NCBI GenBank assembly: GCA_963847705.1
Contig: CAWKBC010000010.1
Coordinates: 133,890-197,889, forward strand
Source of the DNA: an uncultured Pseudomonadota bacterium
GTDB taxonomy: Bacteria > Myxococcota_A > Polyangia > Fen-1088
Length of the DNA: 64,000 bases
Direction: 5' to 3'
The notes below the pieces were generated by a model. The model was not told the DNA's origin. It saw only the letters and a program-made list of their open reading frames with translations, and searched no databases. A program made the translations under genes and the position numbers. Below, piece after piece: positions 47,616 to 57,045 of the stretch. Positions within the stretch are counted from its first letter, which is position 1, and the number at the start of each line of letters is the position of its first letter.

Positions 47616-50130
47616 GTGTCCCGCGAGGATGAGCTTGCCGCCCAGATAGAAGAGACGGAGGCCGAGTTGGCCGCTCTTGGCTATGCACGAGAGCAGACCC
47701 TGGCTCGATTGGCGGCGCTTCGGGCCTCCAGCTCTACATCTGGTGGCGCACCACCGCAGCTCCGGCTCCCGATCGTAAACAGTACTCGCGCTCCACGAAC
47801 CGGGGCCGAGAAGATCCGCCTGTTCCGAACATTGTTCCGCGGTCGTACCGACGTGTTCCCAAAACGGTGGGAGAACGCAAAGAAGGGACGGAGTGGCTAC
47901 GCGCCGGCTTGCGCCAACGAATGGGTGCGGGGCGTCTGTGAGAAACCCAAGGTCAAGTGCGGCGAGTGCCCGCACCAGGCGTTCATCACGGTCGACGACC
48001 GAGTCATCGCCGACCACCTGGGCGGCAAGTACACCGCTGGCGTCTATCCTCTCTTGTCCGACGACACGTGTTGGTTCGTCGCCGTGGACTTCGACAAAGC
48101 GTCCTGGAAGGACGACGTCGGCGCATTCGCGGAGACGTGTCGGGGGCACGCGCTGTCTCCCGCCATCGAGCGGTCGCGATCGGGCAACGGAGCGCACGGC
48201 TGGTTCTTCTTCACGGCACCCGTTCCTGCGCGTGACGCCAGGGACATGGCGTCATTCTTGCTCACCGAGACGATGCGGCTGCGACGAGAGCTGAATCTCG
48301 AATCGTACGATCGTCTCTTCCCCTCGCAGGACACGCTCCCCCAGGGTGGATTCGGGAATCTCATCGCACTGCCGTTCCAGTTTCACCCTCGGAAGGTCGG
48401 GCACAGCCTGTTCGTCGATGACCGGTTCGAGGCGCTTCCATGGGAACAGCAGTGGCAATTCCTCGCTGACATCGAACGAGTCGGGGAGGATCGCGTTCGT
48501 ACCCTTGCGAGAGAGGCGGTGCGCACGGCGCGCGTGCTCGCAGTTCCGGCGATCCCCGACGCGGAGGACGAAGACGACGAGCCCTGGAAGCCGGCGAAAT
48601 CCTCAAGCGGCGACGACGAAGCTCCCATTCCTGGTGCCGCCGGAGGTCAAGGCGGTTCTCGCCCAACGACTCTTCATAGACAAACAAGAGCTACCGTCCC
48701 CGCTGGTGTCGCGCCTCCGACGGCTTGCGGCGTTCCAGAATCCCGAGTTCTACAAGCGTCAGAAGCTCCGACTTTCGACGGCGCGAACTCCCCGCATCGT
48801 CGTCTGCGCCGAGGATCTGCCCAAACACCTCGCACTCCCGCGCGCCTGCACTGGCGACGTTCGGAGGCTTCTCGAAGACAACGGCTCGCGTCTCACGTGC
48901 GACGACCAGCGCAATCGCGGACGGCATGTCGCTCTGTCATTCCAGGGCACCCTAACGCCCGAGCAGCAGGACGCGGTTCAGGGGATGCTGCCGCACGACC
49001 TGGGCGTGCTCGTGGCGCCGCCGGGTGCAGGAAAGACGGTGATGGGCGCCTACTTGGTCGCGGCGCGCGGGGTCAATACTCTCGTCCTGGTTCACCGTCG
49101 TCCGCTGCTCGAGCAGTGGGTCAACCAGCTCGCCCTCTTTCTGGGCGTCGATCCTGCCGAGGTCGGGCGGATCGGCGGTGGCAAATCGCGACCGACCGGG
49201 ATGCTGGACGTCGCGATGATTCAGAGCCTCGTCCGCGACGGGCAGGTGAGCGAAGCCGTCGGCGACTACGGCCAGGTCATCGTCGACGAATGCCATCACG
49301 TGCCCGCCGTGTCGTTCGAGCGTGTCCTGGCGTCCGCCCGAGCGCAATACATCGTCGGGTTGACCGCCACGCCCCGACGGCGAGACGGGCACCATCCCAT
49401 CGGCGCGATGCAGCTCGGGCCGGTGCGGCACGTCATCAGCGGCAAAGCGCAGGCGGCGGCGCGCCCCTTCGAGCACAAGTTGATCGTCCGGGAGACGGAG
49501 CTGGCCGTCGCTGAGGAGAATCCGGCGATCCACACGATCTATCGGACCGTCGCCGGGGACCGCGCGCGTGGAGAGCTCATCGCCCGCGACGTGGGGCTGG
49601 CACTCGACGAGGGCCGATGCCCGATCGTGTTGACCGAACGAAAGGACCATCTGGAGCTTCTCGCTGACTTGATCGGAGGCGTCTGTCCAAGAGTCGCGGT
49701 CTTGCGTGGCGGGGCGGGATCGGTACGACGTGCGCGATCGGCGACGCAGTCCCTATCTGGCGCTGGCCCTCGCGTCATCGTCGCGACGGGTCGCTACGTG
49801 GGGGAGGGGTTCGACGATCCCGCGCTCGACACGCTGTTCCTGGCGATGCCGATCTCGTGGAAGGGGACCGTGATCCAGTACGCGGGGCGAATCCAGCGCC
49901 TCCACGCAGGGAAGCGTGAAGTCCGAATCTACGATTACGTCGACCGCAACATCCCAATGCTCGATCGCATGTTCCGGCGCCGCCTCGCCGGCTACCGGTC
50001 GATCGGATACGTGGAGGCAGATCTGCCTCCGGGCTACGGAGAGGCGGACGACGACTGGACCCTTGGACGCGGTTGGGCGGACGACCTGGACGAGGATGAC
50101 GCAGGCGAGATGAAGGCCCCGGAGGAGTAA
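47616..50130 (+). pseudogene. TOTE-type archaeo-eukaryotic primase domain + DEAD/DEAH (ResIII-like) helicase, split by a +1 frameshift near 48630
   Basis: Frame 1: FRGRTDVF, YAPACANEW, AVDFD, ERSRSGNGAHGW, GGFGNLIALP. Frame 2: AFQNPEFY, APPGAGKT, DECHH, GLTATP, EGFD, QYAGRIQR. Confidence 0.8.
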
Positions 50131-50134
50131 CCGC

Positions 50135-52069
50135 ATGGAGAACCAACCGGGCCCTGCCCTGATCCGCGTCCTGCGTCCCGAGCTCGCCGACCTCATAGCG
50201 GCTGGAGAGGTCGTCGAGCGGCCTGCTTCTGTGGTCAAGGAGCTCTGCGAGAACGCCATCGACGCCGGCGCCACCAAGATCGAAGTGACCGTCAAAGAGG
50301 GGGGGCGCAGGCTGATCCAGGTGGTGGACAACGGGTCCGGCATGACCGCCGAGGACGCCAGGCTGGCGCTTCGGCGGCATGCCACGTCCAAGCTCACGTC
50401 GGCAGAGCAGCTGTGGGGCATAGCGACGTTGGGGTTCCGTGGCGAGGCGCTCCCCTCCATCGCGGCAGTCTCGAGGCTGTCGCTCACTACCAAGCCCGCC
50501 TCAGCGGCGGCCGGGGTGCAGCTGGATGTAGTCGGCGGTCATGAGAAGGGATTCCAACAGGTAGGCGTGCCGCAAGGGACACGAGTCGAGATCGGCGACC
50601 TCTTCTTCAATACGCCCGCCCGACTGAAGTTCCTGAAGAGCGACATCACGGAGACGGCGAGTGCGACCGAAACCGTGTTGCGCCTGGCCATTGGTCACCC
50701 AGACGTCCACTTTCGATTGATGGTCGACGGTCGACAGGCGTTCGATTTGCCGGTTCACCGGTCACGGGGGGAGCGCGTGCGTGCGGCCCTGGCCCGCCGC
50801 GGTGCTTCGGCGCTGCACGAGGTGCTCGTAGGAGATGGCCCCTACAGGTTCAACCTGTTTCTGGCTCCGCCCGAGGAATCAACCACCTCATCAGGATCCA
50901 CGTTTCTTTTCGTCGGACGCCGCTATGTTCGGGACCGATTCCTGCTTCGGGCAGTGGTCGAAGGCTGCGGAACGGCGCTCGAGAAGGGGCGCTATCCGCT
51001 CGCCGTTCTCTTCCTCGAAGCTCCGCCTGATGAAGTCGACGTCAACGCCCACCCTCAGAAGACGGAGGTGCGGTTCCTAAAGGCGGAGATGGTCGCGGCG
51101 GCCGTGAAGCGAATTGTGGCCGATGCGCTAACAAAGGCGCCTTGGGCTGCGCGGGCGTCACGGTCTCACAGCTCCGTGGGAGCTCTGGTGGGCGAAGGCA
51201 AGGTGAAGCCCACTGCTTTCGGCTCTTCGCGGGCGGCATTGCGCGCCCAAGTCGAAGCCAATCTTTCGCCGCCCAAAACGGGTCCCTCGTATGGGTCAGC
51301 ATCGACGCCAACTGTGGGCGCCGCACCATCCGGCGCGCTCGCCGCTTCTCCCCGACCTCAAGCCGAGCAACGGGCCCTCCCCTTACAAGCCGGCGAAGAG
51401 CCCGCCCGCCCGAGGCCACCCTCGCCTCAGACTGTTCAAATACCGGCTCCCATCCAGCCACCGGCGGTACCGCCTCAGGGTGAGCGAAAGACGCCCTTAC
51501 TAAAGCCAGCTGGGCCGGTTCGCTTGCTCCAATCCTGGGGCGCCTATCTCCTGTGCGTTCTGGACCAAGATCTCTACATCGTGGACCCGCACGCCGCCGC
51601 CGAGGTGGTGACTCGGCGCACCCTACACGCGGAACTCGCGGCAAACGAAGTGGCGACGGTTCCGCTTTTGAACCGGGCTCCTCTCCGATTGGATCCTCAA
51701 CTGAAACTCGTGTTTCGGCACAAGCAGCCCCTCTTGAACATACTGGGCTTCGAATTCGCCGAGACTTCCGGGAAGGTCGTTCTGACTGCTGTCCCGCGTT
51801 GCCTGCAGTTCGTACCGCCGGGGTCACTGGTGGCGGCCGTCCTGCGGGAGGTACTGGCGGCTGCGACCGTTTCCCCGGAGCGTCGGATCAACCTCCTGGT
51901 CGATGTGATGGCGGCGCAACGCCGCGAATATGGCAGCGAGGAGCCTGCTCGCCTCGCTTCCACCCTTACAAAAGAGGATCTGACTGCCACGTGCCGTGGG
52001 GGAACCCGGGTGGCCATGAAGGTGACCCCCGAGGATGTCGCCGCCTCCTTGGCCGCGATCAGTCGATGA
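50135..52069 (+). CDS. mutL: MutL paralogue (intact GHKL ATPase + transducer; divergent C-terminus with degenerate endonuclease motif)
   Basis: IAAGEVVERPASVVKELCENAIDAGA, DNGSGM, RHATSK, LGFRGEALPSIA, VDVNAHPQKTEVRF; DPHAAAEVVTRR replaces DQHAxxExxxxE. Confidence 0.88.
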   Translation: MENQPGPALIRVLRPELADLIAAGEVVERPASVVKELCENAIDAGATKIEVTVKEGGRRLIQVVDNGSGMTAEDARLALRRHATSKLTSAEQLWGIATLGFRGEALPSIAAVSRLSLTTKPASAAAGVQLDVVGGHEKGFQQVGVPQGTRVEIGDLFFNTPARLKFLKSDITETASATETVLRLAIGHPDVHFRLMVDGRQAFDLPVHRSRGERVRAALARRGASALHEVLVGDGPYRFNLFLAPPEESTTSSGSTFLFVGRRYVRDRFLLRAVVEGCGTALEKGRYPLAVLFLEAPPDEVDVNAHPQKTEVRFLKAEMVAAAVKRIVADALTKAPWAARASRSHSSVGALVGEGKVKPTAFGSSRAALRAQVEANLSPPKTGPSYGSASTPTVGAAPSGALAASPRPQAEQRALPLQAGEEPARPRPPSPQTVQIPAPIQPPAVPPQGERKTPLLKPAGPVRLLQSWGAYLLCVLDQDLYIVDPHAAAEVVTRRTLHAELAANEVATVPLLNRAPLRLDPQLKLVFRHKQPLLNILGFEFAETSGKVVLTAVPRCLQFVPPGSLVAAVLREVLAAATVSPERRINLLVDVMAAQRREYGSEEPARLASTLTKEDLTATCRGGTRVAMKVTPEDVAASLAAISR

Positions 52070-52145
52070 CCGTCGATATCTGCGCCGAGGGTGGGACGAG
52101 TAGGTGGAAGACAAAGCGTCGACCAACCGAATCTGGTCTAACCAC

Positions 52146-52245
52146 GCCACATTCAGGTGGCTCACAGGCCGCTCGTGAGCGGCCCCCAATCCCGGCCGCT
52201 TTGAGCGGCCCACACAGCGCCTCCCCCCGGGCTCTACCGGGGGAT
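52146..52245. other. cluster of four hairpins between convergent mutL and res
   Basis: GCCAC-attcag-GTGGC; GGCCGCTC-gt-GAGCGGCC; GGCCGCT-ttg-AGCGGCC; CCCCCGG-gctcta-CCGGGGG. Confidence 0.6.
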
Positions 52246-52315
52246 GCGTTAGACATCTGAAATGTTGGGTGGGCTTGAAATGATCGCCATTCGATTCGAG
52301 TCAGGCGGAGCGCCG

Positions 52316-55300
52316 TCAACCCACGACTTCGAGAAACTCCGCGATCACGCGGATCTCACCGTCCTCCCGGCGCATCCGGATCGGGTTGAACCCAGGGTTG
52401 TCGGGGCGGAGCTCGATATCGGCGGCGCCTCCGTCGGGGCTCGTCGCCGTTACGCGCCAGCGCTTCAGGGTGTAGCTGCCGCCGGTCTCTGGGTCGGTGG
52501 CGTCTCGGAGCTGGACGACGACGCGGCGGCCGTCGAGGGCGGTGGCGGCGGGGGGGACCCCTTCGGGGAAGAGGCGGAAAAGGGCCCAGCTTCCGTCGGG
52601 GATAGCGGTTTCCATCGAACGGCCGACGACCTTGGCCACGAACATTCGCCGGTCGAGGATGCGCTGGGCGTGGACCTTGGCCCAGCCGATGATCTCCGGG
52701 GCCTGGGAAGGGCTGAACGCGCCGGCGGCGGCGGCAAGGTCGTGGACCGGGACGGCCTCGCGGAACTGCTGGTCGGGCGGCACGCTTTTCACGATGTCCA
52801 GCTTTGACCGATCGCGCTTGAGCGAATCCATCTCGGGGAGCAGCGGCAGCGTTTCAAGGTGTCGCAGCAGGTCGCCGATCTCCTTGCGCGACTGCCGGCC
52901 CCACCACTTGATGTCCTCGCGGCCGATCGGCTCGTTCTCCAGCAGGAGGAGGTAGTGCCACGGCTCGCGGTCGTGTTCGGTCAGCAACTCGCAGTAGCGC
53001 TGGCCCCGGGCGGCCTTTGTGCGGTCGCGGTCGTCGAATCGCCCCTTCACCTCGATGATGAAGTTGTGGAATACCTCGCCAATGCGCGCCCGCGCGATGA
53101 AGTCGGGGTAATAATGCGAAACCAGGCCCTGCCAGTCGTACTCGATGAAGTAGCCGACACCGCTACGGTGGTTGTAGACCCAGCCGGTGACGTCCTTGGC
53201 GGCGTCCAGCAACCGCGCCACGGCCTCCTCGTCGGCGTTCTCCAGCGCGGCGCGCTCGAAGCAGCTCTTTGTGGGTGCGTCGAAGACGTGTTTCTTCAGG
53301 GCCTGGTACCCCTCCAACTCTTCGGCGTGGCGCTCTGACATCTGCGCCTCGGACGCCCGCCGCTCGGCGATGATCGCCTCCTGCAGCGGCTGGAGCAGGG
53401 CTTTCTTGACCGCGCCAACGACGTCGGCGCGCGCCAGGTTGCCCAGGGCGATCCGCGCGTAGGCGCCCTCTGGGATCCGGTCGAAGTACAGCGGCAAGCC
53501 CTTCGGCACGGAGAACGTCTTCCGCTCCAGGAACTCCCGGACGATGCCCTTGACCGCGGTCTTGTGGTGAAAGCTGGCCCGCATCTCCCGCAGAATCGGG
53601 ACCGCGATCGCCACCTCGATCACGTGGTCGAAGTCCCGGTACGACGGCATCTCGGGGACCACGAACGACTGGCCTTCGGTCTCTGCCAACGCGAGCGCTT
53701 CTTTCAGGTACGTCTTGATCTCGGTATCGGCGATCTCCTCCATCCATGCCAAACGGGGCATCAACGCCGGGATGCTGGCGGTGTCGAACGACTTTCGCCA
53801 GTCCGGCACGACTTCGCGCAGTCCCTCGAAACGCACCAACCGCACGCCATGCGCCTGACGTTCCCTCAGGTCGGCCTTCTGCAGAATCGGTACGTACTCG
53901 CGCGCGTGCTCGATCTCGTCGGAAGAGCGTTCCTCGATGATGTCCTGGATCTGATCGAGGATCGCCTTGAACGAAGGATGCTCGATGACGTACAGCTCCT
54001 CCGTCTTCATGAAGGCAGCGCCTTCCTCGTCGAGGATCGGCGGGTGCATCTTGCGCAGACCGCGGCCGAGGGTCTGTTCCGTCAGGGTGCGTGAATCGCA
54101 CGGGCGCAACGGGACGATGACCTTGACGTTGCGGACGTCCCAGCCCTCTTTCAGCATCATGACGCTGACGACGACGTTGTAGGGGTTGGGCTCCATGACC
54201 GGGCGCCCATCGGCGTCGAGCATGGGCCTGCCGTCCTCGTCCACCTTCGGGATCTCATCGTGGTCCACGGCGTTCACCGCCCGCCGGACGCCCTCCCACG
54301 CCTCATCGTTGCGTTGCTCCTTCTCGCCGATGTGAATCTCGACGATGGTGGATCGGGGGACGCCGCCCTCACGATCGACGAATAGAGGCGCATCCTCTAC
54401 CTTTCCGCGATAGCCGGTGACGGCACGCCCGTCGAGTTCGTCGCGTGTGGCCTCGCCATAGCGCAAGAAGTTGGCGACCTCGCGCGCCTCATTCCGGTCG
54501 TTGGCCAAGATGAAGAGGATTGGCTTCCGCTTGTCGCCCTCGTCGGCGAGCTGCTCCTTCACTTTCTTCCAGCGCTCGATGCCGGTGACCAGCAGGTTGC
54601 GATACTTCTCCCAGGCGTTGGGTTGCCCCTCGCGGACCGGCGCCTCGATGTCCCCGGTCTTCTGGTTCCTCACCTCCACCCTCTCCAGCACCGGTCGCTT
54701 GACGATGCCGTCGCGGATGGCGTCCGCCAGCGGGTAATAGACCGTCGTGTGCCTGAAGAGATCCGCCGGCCGAAACTGCTTGTCCGCCTTGGCGCCGCCC
54801 TTGGACGACTTCGAAGCCTTTGCAGTCGAGCCGGTCTCCTCGAACAGGGTGGCCGATAGATCGACCTGCAACGCCACGCGCCCCGTCGCTTCGCCGTCAC
54901 CGTTCAGGCGCCGGATCGATCGGATCCAGGCCATGGCCGTGGCCTCGTCGTCGGTCTGGCTGACGCGCGCCTTGTCGCGGGCCTTCTGCTCGAACTGCGC
55001 GTGCCGGGTCTCGTCCCACACGTGGTGGGCCTCGTCGTTCAGGACCAACAGCCCACGCGATTGAGCGAATCGGTCCAGCAGCGGTGTCGATACGGCCTCC
55101 AGACGGTCGGGCTCGCCCACATGGAACAGGAGATCGATCTGCTGCTGCTCCCACTGCCCCAGCGTCGGTGCGTCCTCGCTCTCGCGCAGAAGCTGGTGAT
55201 AGTTCGTGACCACCAGCGCACCCTGGGAGGGATCCAGCACGCGCGGGCAAGTGGTGGGGTCGTAGACCTTGAGGTTCCACATCTGGTCGAACGCGGGGGG

Positions 55301-55924
55301 CACCACGGGATCGCCCAGGAACACCGAGGTCCCGCCATAAGGCGGGCAGAAATCCTGAAGCAACCGATCCTTCACGAACAGGTTCGGCGCGATCAGGATC
55401 GCGTGCGGACCGAAACCGAGCGGACTCTCCGCTTCGTTGATCGCGTTCAGGTAAGACCACGCGATGAGCAGGCTCATCATCTTGGTCTTGCCCGAGCCCG
55501 TCGCCAGTTGGCCGCCCAGCTTCGCCCACGGATCGCGCTGGGGACCCAGCGGATCCACGCCGGCCAGCTGGTAGAGATCCTCCGTGCGCCGCAGGCCGCG
55601 AACCTCGTAGAGGTAGATGAACGTCTCGACCAGCCTGCGCTGGTGCGGCCAGTACTTGAAGGTCAGCGTTCCACGCGGTCCTCCCAGCAAGTGCGGCTCA
55701 TGCCTGAACCAGTGCTGGAGGAGGTGCATTGTCGTATCGCTGACGGGGCGATCGCCCTCGGCGCCCGGCTGGTAGCGCGGCGCCTGTTGCGGGTATGCCT
55801 CGGCCGCCCGGCCCAACGTGAAGCCGCGCCAGGCGTCAACGCGACGCTGGATCTCGCCGATGACACGTGCCTGGCCCCGCAGATCGCCGAGGTCGGGTGA
55901 TCGATCGAAGGGGCCGGCCATCAC
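52316..55924 (-). CDS. res: type III restriction Res subunit (SF2 helicase + PD-(D/E)xK nuclease) with C-terminal S24/LexA-like peptidase domain
   Basis: LATGSGKT, NDEAHH, LSAT, MLKEGWDVRNV, QTLGRGLR; YPDF...IIEVKG; S24: LAAAAG, GRSME, YTLKR, LRPDNP. Confidence 0.88.
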   Translation of the reverse strand: MMAGPFDRSPDLGDLRGQARVIGEIQRRVDAWRGFTLGRAAEAYPQQAPRYQPGAEGDRPVSDTTMHLLQHWFRHEPHLLGGPRGTLTFKYWPHQRRLVETFIYLYEVRGLRRTEDLYQLAGVDPLGPQRDPWAKLGGQLATGSGKTKMMSLLIAWSYLNAINEAESPLGFGPHAILIAPNLFVKDRLLQDFCPPYGGTSVFLGDPVVPPAFDQMWNLKVYDPTTCPRVLDPSQGALVVTNYHQLLRESEDAPTLGQWEQQQIDLLFHVGEPDRLEAVSTPLLDRFAQSRGLLVLNDEAHHVWDETRHAQFEQKARDKARVSQTDDEATAMAWIRSIRRLNGDGEATGRVALQVDLSATLFEETGSTAKASKSSKGGAKADKQFRPADLFRHTTVYYPLADAIRDGIVKRPVLERVEVRNQKTGDIEAPVREGQPNAWEKYRNLLVTGIERWKKVKEQLADEGDKRKPILFILANDRNEAREVANFLRYGEATRDELDGRAVTGYRGKVEDAPLFVDREGGVPRSTIVEIHIGEKEQRNDEAWEGVRRAVNAVDHDEIPKVDEDGRPMLDADGRPVMEPNPYNVVVSVMMLKEGWDVRNVKVIVPLRPCDSRTLTEQTLGRGLRKMHPPILDEEGAAFMKTEELYVIEHPSFKAILDQIQDIIEERSSDEIEHAREYVPILQKADLRERQAHGVRLVRFEGLREVVPDWRKSFDTASIPALMPRLAWMEEIADTEIKTYLKEALALAETEGQSFVVPEMPSYRDFDHVIEVAIAVPILREMRASFHHKTAVKGIVREFLERKTFSVPKGLPLYFDRIPEGAYARIALGNLARADVVGAVKKALLQPLQEAIIAERRASEAQMSERHAEELEGYQALKKHVFDAPTKSCFERAALENADEEAVARLLDAAKDVTGWVYNHRSGVGYFIEYDWQGLVSHYYPDFIARARIGEVFHNFIIEVKGRFDDRDRTKAARGQRYCELLTEHDREPWHYLLLLENEPIGREDIKWWGRQSRKEIGDLLRHLETLPLLPEMDSLKRDRSKLDIVKSVPPDQQFREAVPVHDLAAAAGAFSPSQAPEIIGWAKVHAQRILDRRMFVAKVVGRSMETAIPDGSWALFRLFPEGVPPAATALDGRRVVVQLRDATDPETGGSYTLKRWRVTATSPDGGAADIELRPDNPGFNPIRMRREDGEIRVIAEFLEVVG

Positions 55925-57045
55925 TTGTCGTCCGGAGCGCGTGCCGCTAGCTGTTCCTCGATGAAGCGCTGCATCTCCTCTTTCTTCGGCAGCTCCAGCA
56001 GGTACTTGGACACGAACAGGCCGTTATCGATGCCAGCCAGGGCGTATTCCACGAGGGCGTGATCCTTCTGCGTGCAGAGGAGGATGCCCACCGGCGGGTT
56101 GTCGCCCTCGGTCATCATGTTCTTTCGGTACCAGCTCACGTAGGTGTTCAGCTGGCCGATGTTCTCGTGATTGAACGCGGCGGCCTTCAGCTCGACCAGG
56201 ACGTGGCACTTGAGGACTCGATGGTAGAAGACCAGGTCCACGAAGTTGTGGATGTCACCGATCAGGATGCGCTTCTGACGGGCCTCGAAGCAGAAGCCGT
56301 GGCCCAGCTCGATGAGAAATTCTTGCAGCTTGTCGAGGAGCTGATCTTCGAGGTGGGATTCGCTCATGACCTCCTGGGGCTTCAACCCCAGGAACTCGAA
56401 GACGTAGGGGTCGCGAATATTCAGTGCCGTCTGTGCACGCTCGGCGCCCTGCTGAGTCAGGGCCGCCAACTTCCCCTTGTCCTTCGAGAGCCCGGAGCGC
56501 TCGTAGTAGAGGCTGGCGATCTGCCGCTTCAGCTCGCGGACGGACCAATTTCCCCGAATGCACTCCAGCTCATAGAAGGCGCGCTTGGTCTCGTCGTCGC
56601 ATTGCAGCAGCTCGGCGATGTGGGTGAATGAGAGCTTGGTCAAGATTTCGGCAGCGCCGACGCCCAATTGTGGAGTCGGTGACTCCCGAATGTTGGCGTC
56701 GGTTCCTGGGAGGAGCGTCTTCGCCAATTGTGGAGTCAGCGACTCCACGATCTGGGGGTAGGTCAGATAGAACTGCCGGTAGCGGTACAGCTCGCGCCGG
56801 TCGCACCGCGACACTCCCATCCGGGTCAGCGACTCGGAGAGCCGGTCCAGGAGCTTCTCTCCGTACCGCTGGCGGTCGACGCCGCGACGCTCGTACTCTT
56901 CGATGTGCAGGCCGATCAGCCAGTTGCGCAGGGTAAGGCTCGAATTGACCGCTCGGGAAGCCTGCGCCGATAGCTCGGCGTGCGCCTCCCCTATCGCCGT
57001 GACCAGGCGATCAAAAGATAGAGGGGATTTCGCCGGTGTCGTCAT
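55921..57045 (-). CDS. yhcG: YhcG/DUF1016 PD-(D/E)xK nuclease family protein
   Basis: RNWLIG, LSFTH, NWSVRELKRQI, RDPYVFEFL, ELGHGFCFEARQKR, VDLVFYHRVLKCHVLVELK, GQLNTY. Confidence 0.93.
   Translation of the reverse strand: MTTPAKSPLSFDRLVTAIGEAHAELSAQASRAVNSSLTLRNWLIGLHIEEYERRGVDRQRYGEKLLDRLSESLTRMGVSRCDRRELYRYRQFYLTYPQIVESLTPQLAKTLLPGTDANIRESPTPQLGVGAAEILTKLSFTHIAELLQCDDETKRAFYELECIRGNWSVRELKRQIASLYYERSGLSKDKGKLAALTQQGAERAQTALNIRDPYVFEFLGLKPQEVMSESHLEDQLLDKLQEFLIELGHGFCFEARQKRILIGDIHNFVDLVFYHRVLKCHVLVELKAAAFNHENIGQLNTYVSWYRKNMMTEGDNPPVGILLCTQKDHALVEYALAGIDNGLFVSKYLLELPKKEEMQRFIEEQLAARAPDDK

Noticed and set aside
48640-49514. C-terminal part of ORF 47616..49514 as real protein
   Set aside because: Arg-rich out-of-frame read-through; the helicase motifs are in the +1 frame
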